Shown here: positions 22,844 to 34,300 of the stretch, piece by piece
How the letters are laid out: every line of letters begins with the position of its first letter
Position numbering within the stretch: the stretch's first letter is position 1
From: Perkinsus olseni
Lineage: Eukaryota
DNA length: 43,062 bases
Reading direction: 5' to 3'
Assembly (NCBI GenBank): GCA_013115125.1
Contig: JABANN010000282.1
Span: forward strand, 1 to 43,062
Translations under genes and position numbers: made by a program
Notes under the pieces: model-generated
Databases searched by the model: none
What the model was told of the DNA's origin: nothing
What the model saw: only the letters and a program-made list of their open reading frames with translations

Positions 22844-25404
22844 TTAGTTGTTGCCGGTGTGGTATTAGATTCCTGATGCTAGCGAGGCTTTGTTGATACA
22901 CCTCCAAATTTCCTACAGTAGTGGTTGTAGTAGTAGCGACTGTAGAAATGCAGGAAAAGTCGGGTGAACGATCAAATTATTGGGTGAACGATTATATTAT
23001 TGGGTGAACGTTTTAATTATTGGGTGAACGTTTTAATTATTGGGTGAACGTTTTAATTATTGGGTGAACTAGTATATTGTTGGGTGAACGATTGAATTAT
23101 TGGACTATATGGACGTTTGAGCGGATACCCGCCTTGAGCTGGATGCAGAGATGTGGCCCCTCTGTCGCTGTTATCGTCGTTGTTGCAGGTCAAGCTGTTC
23201 TGTCACAAACATCCGCGGCAAGCCCCTCGGTCGGGCTTTGTCCCTTTATTTCGACCTTTGGATGGTGCAAGTTCGGCGATAACTGCCAGTACTGTGCAGT
23301 GGCTAATTTCGTGGCGCGTGAGGGAGTTTGCGGCTGCTGCCAGGTTCATCCACGTCACAAACAATCGGGAGCCCCTTCGTCATCTCCCTCCGGCCATGGT
23401 CGCTCAGTTGCAACAACAACACTCGGCTCAGGTGAGCGTTGAGGAAATGCAAGAATTGCAAGATGAGCAAGTTTGTAAGGTATTATCGGGGCAAATCACA
23501 AGTAGCGCTGAACTGATGCAAGCCATCGCCAACACGGGAGTCGCTAAGCAGGCTCAGCAGTCTCAACCCGGTGCCACGTCTTCCACCTCACAATCGACGT
23601 TCCAAGCAGATACAACTGTAAGTGGATGGCGTTGAGGAAATGCAAGTGTTGGTAAGATGGACAAGATTTCGCAAATTTGTGGTAGGCGTCGGTGTCGTCG
23701 TCCTCGTCGTCTTCCTCGTCTGCTACACAGCAAGATCTGATCGCAGCCCAAATTGCGCACCAACAGGAGGGGGTCAGCATGGGTCCGAAGGCAAAGACCA
23801 TACCTTGTAAATTCAATTCTGCTGGAAAGTGAGAGAATCTTAGCTTGACCCTTCAAGCTACAAACATGAATCCTTCGAGGTGCGCGTACGGTTCGAGATG
23901 CGCTTATAATCATGGTGGAGAGTTGCCGGTGGGAGCGGCGACCGTTACTGGTGGCAGGCCGGCCAATCAGCCGACCGCGGCCGCGGTCCTGGCGGCCATG
24001 GCGAAGGAAACTCGGGTGGGCGGACGGGGAGGGCGAGAGAGGGTTCATGTGCTTCCTTCAGGTGCAGCAGAACGCTTCGTTGTTGAGCATCCCGCAGCAG
24101 CAGCAGCAGCAGCAGCAGGCTGGAAGGCAGTCGGCAGGTGAAGGGTCGGCGGTTGTGGATTTTGACTTAGTCGTAGCCTAGTGAAAAATTCGGAAAAGCA
24201 ATAATAGGGAAGTATGGTTTCTGAGAAGCGCGAGTATGTATCATGCTGAGGGACTTGAGGGCGCTTCACGAAGGTGTGGATGAGTGCGAAAGCTCACGAT
24301 GACGACTGAATTTCTCATTGATGAGGGAGAGTTATGGTATGAAAGTCCGAAGACAGACGCGTCGTATCATGAAGAATTATCCTTCAAAATTTCGTTACGA
24401 AGTGACGATGTCTTTCTGAGCTATCGTGATACAGGGACAGTCGGATAAAATATGAAATGGTGGAATTGTGTAGGTCCCGTGAGCACCAGCGTGAATCGCA
24501 GCTCGTCGGAGGGTCGTCGCCCAGTGGGGCTGTCGAGCAAAGAAGGGAGGAGTTTGGTCGGCAGTGATGTGGTGACTGCTGCCTGGTTGAAAGACCGTAA
24601 GAGATGGAATTGTTAGCGGAGCGAAGCTCACTGGGTTGATTGGCAGATCTCCCTGAACTGGATTTTGCGAGGAACGGTCAGCCACCGGCCCCTAGTGGTG
24701 GTGACACTGAGGTGGTGACAGCGACCGCGGCGGCTGCCCCGCCGACATCCCCTCCTCCGCCGGAGGCTCCGAAAGAAGAGGACGGGGAAGTTGAGCAGCA
24801 GGAGGAGGAGCAGCATGAGTCGGAGCCGAACGGCGAGGTAGCATGGTGACACGGTGGTGACACGAGGATGGGGTGGGATGGTTGGGTTCGATCCGATCTT
24901 ATGCGATGCGACATTTCGATATTTGGGCGATTTGTGGTATCCACCTGTTAAAAACTCGGCCGTAGTAGGCGAGTCTGTCAATAATATCACCATTGGTTGG
25001 CCTGAGCGCGCGGGCGCTCTTCGTCTGTCTTTTTTGCTGGTTATGATTGATTGAAGTTTACCTTGTGGTTCGTCGGAGCATTCCGTTTCCACCCGAACAA
25101 GTGGTGTCACTGAGCACTACCGGCGCATTAGCTCTTCCGCTGTGTGGCGAGCACTAGCGTCTTCCGGAGACTCGGAAATTGCTTGACCAGGCTTGGGATA
25201 CTTCGGGAATTTTTTCGCTTTCAGTCGAGTAATACAGTGGATTTTGGGGAGGTAGTTGTTGAAGAGCCGGTGAATACGAAGAACGAGGACGGTGGTATTG
25301 AATCCGCAGGCCCTCCTCCAGGTAAGTTGCAGGCGTATCTTAGGTTGAAGATGGTTCTTCATGAGTCAGGTTTAGGCTTCGCGCCCAAGACGGAATCTGG
25401 CTGA
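21605..25404 (+). CDS. Q/G-rich low-complexity protein with two CCCH zinc fingers (multi-exon; 5' end unresolved)
   Basis: Splicing gives CPFISTFGWCKFGDNCQFIH (C-x8-C-x5-C-x3-H) and KTIPCKFNSAGKCAYGSRCAYNH (C-x7-C-x5-C-x3-H), each split by an intron. Also (GGC)11 poly-Gly at 21761-21793, several poly-Gln exons and an acidic C-terminus ending GLGFAPKTESG* at 25404 (3' end tentative). Confidence 0.78.
22793..22842 (+). repeat. (GTA)n microsatellite at the 5' end of an intron
   Basis: About 16 perfect GTA units starting at the putative donor GT. Confidence 0.95.
22962..23103 (+). repeat. 20-bp minisatellite, 7 units, intronic
   Basis: Unit GGGTGAAC-N6-ATT(A/G)TT at an exact 20-nt period; three central units are identical (GGGTGAACGTTTTAATTATT). 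Confidence 0.95.
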
Positions 25405-26530
25405 ACGATTGATGAGTTTTTTCATACGCTTGCGATACATCGGTCTTAGTCGCTTCGCAGTGAGCAGGGATCGACTACCATCCCGTCTCCCTTGAAAGTC
25501 TGTCCGTCTTTTCAGTAGGAGGGACTATTGGTCGCCCTCATTCGACGTCTTACAGACTTTTGATAGTACTTTTTTCGTTAACACAACAGCTTCGGTATTC
25601 CAGCGTGCTGTTGAGTTCCCTAGTGTTAACCATGATGGCCGTTGCGTGGGAAACGATATTTTTCACTTGGTGCGCATTAATGAGTTGTGAGGCTAAGTAC
25701 AGTTAGTCGTGCCATGGAAAAAAGTCTGCGAAATTTGAACGTTTTTGGTTGTTTCTGTTCCTGACAAAGTCTGTCCGACACTAGGGCGGCTTGGGTCAGT
25801 GAGACGCCCTCGTCGAAACAGTAGCATTGATGAGCTTCTCGAACAGTTCCCGGCCATGATCAACGCCCTCAAGTCATCGATCCAGGAGTCCAGGACTTAC
25901 TATTTCGAGTACCGGGACTAGGATCTCAACGCTCAGTGGCCTTCACTCAGCGCTGAGACCCTAAACTCCTGCACTTACACTTACACAGTTTATAATCAGA
26001 AATGAATCGTCGTACTGATGGTGGGTGTGAGTGAAATATGTCCCGCGGGGCCCTTGATACCGTTGTGCCGGGGCGAATCCTACGCTGTGCGTGGATTCCG
26101 GGCAGCCGCTTATATTTGTTTTATTTCCGTCGTGCGAACTTTCATCCATCAACCATTTGGCATTACGCTTATTGAGCAACGCTCAACCGGGCCCGCATGC
26201 ACCCCTCCACAAATTCTTAGCACACATGGTGTGCAACTCATAATCCGTCGAAGAAGCCTAAGAGTCTCGCTCTGATACTTGAGAGTCATAGCTTTAATTC
26301 TAACACTATCACTAACCTTACAAGGCCTCAGACTCCCACTCCACGGCTACTCCCATTTACGCACTCGACGCACGCACTTAGAGACCTCCACGTAATCTTG
26401 GCATATTCCCGTCGGCTGATGCTGAGAATTCCAGAAATTCCGGAAAGCGGCGTACAGTCTGCGCTGGTTTGAGTACAGCGGAAATTTGGGTATTTGACGA
26501 TTACTTCACCGCTGGCACTTGTTTAGCCTA

Positions 26531-26557
26531 CTTTTTGCGCAGTTTCTCTTTTCGCAG
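26531..26557 (+). promoter_or_regulatory. Polypyrimidine tract plus AG just upstream of an ATG (candidate trans-splice acceptor)
   Basis: ctttttgcgcagtttctcttttcgcag ends 4 nt before ATG 26562. Spliced-leader trans-splicing is established in Perkinsus and dinoflagellates; its use at this site is inferred. Confidence 0.35.
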
Positions 26558-26561
26558 CATT

Positions 26562-29250
26562 ATGCTGCTGTTGTTGTCGTCGAAAATCAGAGCAACGAGT
26601 ACCCGTGGGTGGTCTCAGAAAATGCCCTTAGCGCGGATGAACTTCTCGACTCGTGCTGGCGCGGCCTCTGAAAAAGGTGCCCCTGCGGGCGTGGAAGAAG
26701 GCGAGGGATGGTACGATGACGGCTGTTAAGAGGCCGACGGGGAACACTTTTTGAGAATTTCATGAAAAATTTGGCGAAAAATCATGAGAAAATTTTTCCT
26801 CAATTGTGTTCCGTGAAATTTTCCGATGCGAATGCTGCACATGTTCGGATTAGAATTATCGAACCGGTGATCGATTTGGCCCGAGATTGAATAAGCTCAC
26901 TTCCTGCTCTCCGAAAGCGCTCGTGGGTTGTGTCATCGATATCATAGAGCGTCCCTCAGCAGGTGGCAACGGTTACCACTCCCGGGCAACTCCGTGATTT
27001 CTGAAATGGAGCCCCCAGAGCTGGAGTCACTGTGTGCTAAAGTACTCAAAGCAGCCCAGGGAAGAAAAGCTTCTGTGGATGAGGGTGAGGGCCTCGTCAA
27101 ATCGATTATTCATCTTTAATGGGGACGAGACACTTCAAACTTGGATCAACACTTGTCAACCTTGCCCGTGTATTATCGAACCTGGTTGTGATACTGTCAT
27201 TCTTGCATGGGATATTTTAGCCCCTTTCAAACTTGGACTTGACAGTGACATTCTCGGTGTTCGAAGAACTTGACATTTGTCAACTTGCTTGTGACATTGT
27301 CATTCTTGCCTGTTCACTGTCAAACTTGTACGGGAAATGCTTCGAATAGGTGTTATTGAGCTAACGTAGGAGAAAAATTTTCTTGGAAAATCAGCGGGAT
27401 CACGGCCGCGCTGTGAGCCCGTGCTCGCTGTAACTATGATCGGTAGAACGCACGTTCGTGTGAAAAAATCGTCAAAAAACGGAATTCTTCGTGTTGGTAC
27501 TGTAGTGACCCCATGGTTGGTGAACTCGACGTAGTAGGCGGAGAGTTTGATGGAACTCGTGTAGTTGTAGACTCATGATTACAAGCGTAAGGATATCTAG
27601 CTCAATGTAACACAATGAAGGGCGACAGTATCCGTGAAAATCAGAGAAGATACTATGATTAATAGACTGAAGAAATATTATACAAATAAGGGTAATACTA
27701 ACATAGTAAGGATAAGCTAATCATGAACGATATCGGAGGCATAACAGTGCGAAGTGTTTATACGTCAAACCTGATCTGCGTACTTGATGATGCCATCAGG
27801 AAACGCTTCGCGACTTTGCCAAAGTGAACAGGGGATCGTAAAGCGGTGGGTTTCTTACCAGGGAACGCTCTCTGGGCGCCGCTGCTGCAGGCCTTGTGCG
27901 GTGTCAGATTCAATCCTTGTGATTTTGTGTAAACGTTTCTGTGCGCTGTCACCGACGGAGATCTCGCTTCGACAAGCGTGTGGATTGCTGAACGCGATAT
28001 CATCTCTGGGTGAGTTGCCCGACGAGGCTGCATTCACGCGCGAACGGCTCGGGAAAGAGGCTTCATACCACCGGGGTTTCTCCTGCTTCTCAGCTCCCGA
28101 CGTTCCGGTTTCCGCGGAACTAAGACCAGCTGTGGCGAACTTGACCGAGATTATTGCCCAGGGTTGCCGAGGAAAGCATGATGTAGCGGAGGTTGTCGCT
28201 AAGTCACTTTGAACGTCCTTGTGATAGGGCAACACAACAGGCTTGCGTCTTGCGGACATAGCGATGTCCTTGCGCGCACTCAGCAGACTGAAGTTGAAGC
28301 AGAGTCCGACTTACAGCGACCTCCTACAGATGGCTGTGAGTGATGGGGAAGCGGTGTTCCAATTTTTGGGTGGCTCGAATGTTGTGCTACTTTCGCATTG
28401 CCATGATACGTGTCGAAGAGTCCATCGCTCTTCCGGTATAAGTCGTGATGGGCGATGATGTGTAGTGCGCGAATTTAGCTGAACCGTTGTAGAGTAGGCG
28501 GCCAGTGGAGGGTGCTGAGCATATACTGGGACAGAGCGAGCATTTTAGTATCGGACCGAGATGGTTCTGCTTCGTTGAAAGGCTTGGCGGAAGAGTGCCG
28601 GGGCTGTAATTTTGAATGATATCGCGGTATTAAGAAACATAGTTTGGACCATTGTGGAATAGACTAACAGTAGGGGTAGATATGCCCTTGCACAGACTTG
28701 GAATTTCACTACCGGATCGAGACGCTACATCCGGTAGTGGATTGACGTGCATGTAGTCGTTTATAAACCTGGACCATAGCATGCCTACCATTCTGGTAGT
28801 CTGGCAGTGTTGGGCTGCCTTGGTCTTGGGGGATTTGAGATCGCTGACGTTCGATAGATTCACTCGTCTGATGAAGGGTGGGATCCAGCATCGGTGGTGA
28901 CGCTGTTGTCGATGCTGGCGAGAGATGATTCGAAATCGCATACGAATCGGCGGCTTGGTAAGGTGAAGGATTAAGGCTTCGCAACTCAGGTGTTCGTGTC
29001 GTAAGATTATCGGCGTTTTTGTTTGAATTGTGGACAGCTGGGCGGAGCGAAGCGCTCTGTAGGCTAGGACCGCCAATTAAGCGGTCGTGAGCTTCCACGG
29101 CGAATCAGCTAGGGTGTTTGGCGTAAAGTTCCGGCCGAAATTCGTTTTATTGTGACCCCTGCAGGTGTAGCGATGGAAACTGGCTCGAATGCGGATGACA
29201 CTGCGATCCAAGGCAGACTTCTTCTTTCTGTGTTACAGACTGCGTCTTTG
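26562..29250 (+). CDS. Probable mitochondrion-targeted helical-repeat (HPR/RAP-like) protein, multi-exon; 3' end uncertain
   Basis: The N-terminus MLLLLSSKIRATSTRGWSQKMPLARMNFSTR is basic, S/T-rich and acid-free, like a presequence. Downstream exons give amphipathic helical repeats: LRQACGLLNAISSL, LADIAMSLRALSRLKL, VVTLLSMLAR. Family assignment is pattern-level only. Confidence 0.45.
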
Positions 29251-29400
29251 TCTCAGGGATGAAACTCAGCCACTGGTGTGCTCACAACGTTGATGCCTTC
29301 GATGCTGAGGGTCTCGTCAGCTGCGTTTATCTCGCCGCCAGAGCTGTGCCGCCGGAGCATGTTGACAGCCTGCTAAAGTGAGAATGGGGGGAGCGCCGGT

Positions 29401-29504
29401 GCACTATCTCGCTGCAGTAGGTGTAGTTGTAGAACACAACATTAGTAGATTGGGCTCATAGTGAACGAGATAGAGCAGATAGAAAGTGGGGTAGTCGAGG
29501 GAAT
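29401..29504. repeat. Dispersed ~105-bp repeat, copy 1
   Basis: Collinear with 38769-38873; shared blocks GTAGAAC.CAAC, TAGATTGGG, GAGATAG.GCAGATAGA.AGT, GTAGT.GAG.GAAT. Confidence 0.75.
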
Positions 29505-30038
29505 GGGGTGATAATGCGAAGCTAGTATGAGCACAGCTCGATTGTGTTATGTAGACAGTGCAGCGGTCTGCTGCGGGCTCACTCCTTCACGAAACGGAAA
29601 AATCACCGAACCGCGCCTCGTTGCGAGCGTAATCGGATATCACATGGTGAACTCTCCTAAGCGAGAGTCCTCATGTGATTCGGGCCGGCTGGGAGGGATG
29701 AAAATCAAAATTTTGTAGTTCAATCTTGAGCACATTTCCTCCGTCGCCTTCTCAACGGCTCCTGGAAATGGGTGTATAGTCTGCTAGGCTTAACAGTTGA
29801 GCCTAGGCTAGGCTGCCTAGCAGACCCTGCTAGGCTGACAAAAGTGTCAGCAGACCCGCTGCTGACTAAGCTCAACTAACACTTGAGCCTCAACTGAAGT
29901 GTTTCCTTCCATGAGGTATACATGCAGCCATCGTAAGTTGCTGTAGGGGACTAAGATGAGCCAACGAATTTGAGGTGGCGGATACAGACCTTTCATGAAA
30001 GTACAATAGCAGCTGGTGGTCTGGTGGAGTTTCCAGCG

Positions 30039-30082
30039 GCTCAAGTTACGGGGACAGCTCAAGTTACGGGGACAGCTCAAGT
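30039..30082 (+). repeat. 18-bp tandem repeat (2.4 copies)
   Basis: GCTCAAGTTACGGGGACA twice, then GCTCAAGT. Confidence 0.9.
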
Positions 30083-30861
30083 CACAATGGCGTCTCTACA
30101 CTGGGCGCAGAACATGTCGGTGATGAGCTCTTATTCGCAGTGTCCTTCAAGGAGGTTAGTTGTGGCAAGGGAAAACAGATTGGGCGTGAACCGGGAAGAC
30201 AAAAGTTCTGAATTCTCATCTGGAAATGGTCCAGTTTCGCGCCCTGAGAGCTCGGTCGATCCATATCCAGCTCAAATATAAAAGATACTCGATCTTCGGC
30301 CGAATCGTCAACCTGCTGACTGGCCCCAGTGAGAGATCATGTGATTATCGGGGATTAATGATTGGTGTTAAGCAATCACCAACATGCCTCACAAACCCGA
30401 ACTTAGCCAGACCCACAGTCTCGCTTCAATCAAAGATTACCTTGAGGAGTTGGCAGACGACTCATCCGAGATGAGCAACTAAGCCTTCTCAACGCGGGCC
30501 ATGTGGAGCATCCTAGCAGGTTTTGAACCGGGAAGTGGCTGCATGAGGCACAGAGCTCAGGGTTGAGTTGCATGCTCATCTGTTTTTAGTCGGACTGAGC
30601 CGGCGAAGGCGTTCGACTTTGAACTGACGCGCACGGGGTCGCCTTCTCAGAAGCAATAGTTGGGTTGGATTTAAGGTAGAGGCTGATCAGGGCTTGGTCA
30701 GAGAATGGAGCTCAATGCTGAAGGGCGGATTCTTCGAGCCCATCAGAGTAAAGACTCTACTTCCACGCCACAAGCAGTTGACATGCAGGACCTGCGCCGC
30801 GGGTTGTTTTAGGAACTTTTGAACAGCTCGAAGAGAAGGTGGCGGGTTTGTACTGCTTCGA

Positions 30862-30920
30862 AGGAGTGGAGATGAGAATGCCTGACTAGGGCCTACTCAG
30901 GTATTCTCATCTCCACTCCT
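30862..30920. repeat. Inverted repeat: 24-bp stem with 11-nt loop
   Basis: AGGAGTGGAGATGAGAATGCCTGA pairs with TCAGGTATTCTCATCTCCACTCCT, with a single G-T mismatch. Confidence 0.92.
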
Positions 30921-31399
30921 CCTAGTCACTACGCGGAATAAGGCCAAATTGGGGGGAGCTCGCGGCCTACCCGCGGTGGGCAGCTGGTTGACTCTGAAGA
31001 TCAATTATGATTTGTATTTGAGCTGGGTGGAGGTCGACCGAGGTTACAGTTTTGGTCCAGAACTTCTGAAGGCAGAACGAGCCACTATTAGTGAATAGTC
31101 TCAGTGGTAGTTCGAGGCTCGAACTTCGAGCGATATGGCTCATCGAGCTCAGAACTGGCAGAACTCCTGGCCGCTTTTTCGCGCGCTCGAATCTGGAAGG
31201 GGATGAATGCTTGCGATCTTGCCGTTCTTCGAGCGCATCAGAGCCTCTCCTATCGGTGGAATTGAGCTGGGGAAAGAAAGCGAGTGTTCAGCGGCAGCAC
31301 ATTAGTGGACGCTAATTTCTGTTGACTGTTGGCTGGTCTTCAGTTCAACTCATGGCCCGACAGATTTTCATACTCCGTCTTCTGGTCTACACTGCCTTA

Positions 31400-34300
31400 C
31401 GTGCATCGTTATCGTATGAAGCTGCTCTCCGCTCCAGACCTGTGGGCGCGGACACACAAAGCAGAAAGCTCATAACTTTTCATGACGACGAGGAAAGGAC
31501 TGAGGTGTGTCAGCGTCTTTTCGGGGACTGAATATCTCCGTCGCTCGATGCGCCCCGACTCCCTTTGCTCTGGCCGCTAGCAACTCCCTTTCCCAGACTG
31601 ACGTTGGATATGTCGAGCAGCCGGAAGATGGGCAGGTTCGGATTGTCGACTTCTCGCTGGTGAAATATCCAAACAAGTGGGAATTCTTGAAGAAACTGCT
31701 GTGCATCCTCGCGTTCTCAGGAACCGCTCGGGCATCACGTTCTTCGCGCTGTTTGATGAAGAAGCTTTGAGAAATTTCAATGATAACCACATGAGAGACT
31801 TCCGGAAGTTAGATCCCTCAAAGGGCGTGTCTGCAAGATCTGTCAAGATGCACTTGGAACGCCATTTGGGTTTTCTGCCTGCGGGAAAGTACACGAGGAA
31901 GTTCACTCCCAACAGCGAGCTCTACGCTGGAGCCGGGGCGAGAAGCTGGAGCCAGGAAGCGGTAGAGCCACAGGAAGGCGGGTCAACTGGCTAAGTGCTT
32001 CTCGGTACTTCAGTCCCTCCTGTGCGGGTTTTTCTTAAGCAGACCAGACGTTGGCCAGGCTTTCAGCCTCACAGGAATCTTCGCAAAACTTTCCACGACA
32101 AAGGACAGATACGGCCGGTAGGTCGAATGATGCAGCTTGCAAAATATGAGTCAAGTACGCCGCTCCAGTGAAGGCTTCCGAGCCGGTTGACAGCGTTAGA
32201 GACCGACTGATTGGGAATACGACACCCGAGTTGTCTCCTTTGAAATCTGATTTTCGACATGGAGTCTAAGCGTCATCGTTGACTCAGCTCAGCTTCAGCG
32301 TAGTTCCTTGTCGAACGAGATGGGAACAGCAGGATAGACCATACAGCAGTCTCCCACTAATTCCATACAACCATTTTTAGAGATGTTGACGAGTTCTGTA
32401 AGTCGTAGCTTCGAGGGTCGAGCGTTATCCGCTGCAGCTACTCCAGTTTATTGGAGTAGAGATGAAACGCGCAACGCGCCAAGGCTCCATTGCAGTTTTC
32501 GCATTGCTGTAAGACACAGTGTCCGCCCTCAGGGTGGAGCCAGGGCGGCGCCCTTAGTAACCCGCACTGCCAATGGTTCTCGTAGAAAACTTTTCTATGC
32601 CCTCCGTAGTACAACAGAGTTCTGCTTCTCAAATCTTGATGTTTTCAGTGGGACCATCAAGCCCAGGCTCAACGTGAGCAGGCTGTACGACTTGCTCTCC
32701 AACGCCAAGGAGGCCGCGCCGAAGCCAGGCCACCGGTGGTGGCGGGAGAGACCTTCGGAGACGCTTGCCAGGCAACTCGCGGCTTACAGTGAATACGTCT
32801 CAGAGGCTCGTGGCAACATGATGGCTCTTGATATTTGGCCGGCCTCGTTTGGCGATTCAGTGACGGAGGATGGGCTGGACCTCGTTGATCTTTTGCATTG
32901 GTTGATGAGTGGTTCGATGAAGTACGATGACTAATGCTTCGTACATGTATCTGGTATCACTCGAAGAGAGGGCGATCAACGACAAGGATCTTTTCCCCTG
33001 CGTTCACACTTTCTCTTTCTGGGTGAAGCTGAACACGTATTGTTGTTGCCCAGTTGTTCCCCGGCTGTTCTCATGGGAATTGATGTTGCTGTCATGTCGA
33101 AGCGGTCCGTTGTGTTTTCATGTACTCTCAACCCGTGGTTGTAGTATCTCGGTGACGCCCAGCAGCTACTGTCGTCGAGTCGACGACGTCGACAGTCTGT
33201 CGATATCAACCCGAGCGGGAATAAGTTCCTGATACTCTTGCTGAAACAATCTTTTGGTTCTGTACTTCTTCTCTTGGGGGTATTTCCGCAGCCCGGAATC
33301 GAGGAGGGTATTTTATCTCAGGGCAGGGAGACTGATCATCTATAGCGACTATGCTGCGGTTCGCAAGCCAGCGCGCGGTCTTGTTTGCTTGGTCTCTCGA
33401 CGGGATGCCGACTTCCTAGGTCGCGATCCGAAATTGAAAGTGAGGAGAAACGATTACGCGAAGGAACGCTCATAACGAGGCGGGATTAACGACGACATTT
33501 GCAGGGGCTAAGTCACGTCCCACAAGCATGGAAGCGTTCGGAGGACTTCTCTTCGATTTCAGGAGCACTCCCAGGATCAAATTTACTGCGTGACGGGCGG
33601 TCCTGGAAGCACTCTTGAAACTCAGGAGAGGTTCTCTATGAAACTGCTGGCGAGATTTGCTGTTACTTGCCATCACGAGACTGGTCGTGCACACCTAAAA
33701 CTTTGCTAGCGTATTGAGAGCAGGGCGATAAGACCGCAAGGGAACATTCCAAATGTTACATTTGCCACTTTCCACCGAATCTGATTGAGTTCCTATGGCC
33801 AGACCGATTGTCTTGAGTCAGGCTCGCCTAGAACTGGGTCGTAGGTTATGGCTCGGCGCAAGAGGTAGCGATGCACGGTCTTCGACAGTGTCGAAGGCCT
33901 GTCGAATCGACAGGGCTGTCTGCCTGCGTCATTCGCAGGCGTACTAAGTATGGTACTGGTACAGAGGTTGACCGACCCTACTTGGCCGCAGGAGGGCTGG
34001 GGGAAAAGGTTGTCCCAGAAAAGGGGGGAAAAGAAAAGAGAGAAAGATGGCATGGCGCGGTCAAGCGCCACACTAGTAGTGAGTCCCTACCGCATTGGGC
34101 GCCCTGGTACTACCAGGCTGGTAGTGTCTTTTGTGACTGTCGATACTGCAAGTATTCTCGAGACCGCAGCTTCGCGCGACTTCAAGAGATCAAGCCATGT
34201 CTCATGCTCATCATGGTTGGTAGCGCAGCTAGCTGCGAGTCTCAAAGGCACAGTTTTTAACCGTGCACCTTGTGACGAGGACCTTGTCGCCCGCTGAAAT

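Noticed and set aside
22962..23103. CRISPR-like constant/variable array
   Set aside because: The period is only 20 nt, the variable part is ~6 nt and partly identical between units, it lies in a eukaryotic intron, and there are no cas genes. It is a minisatellite.
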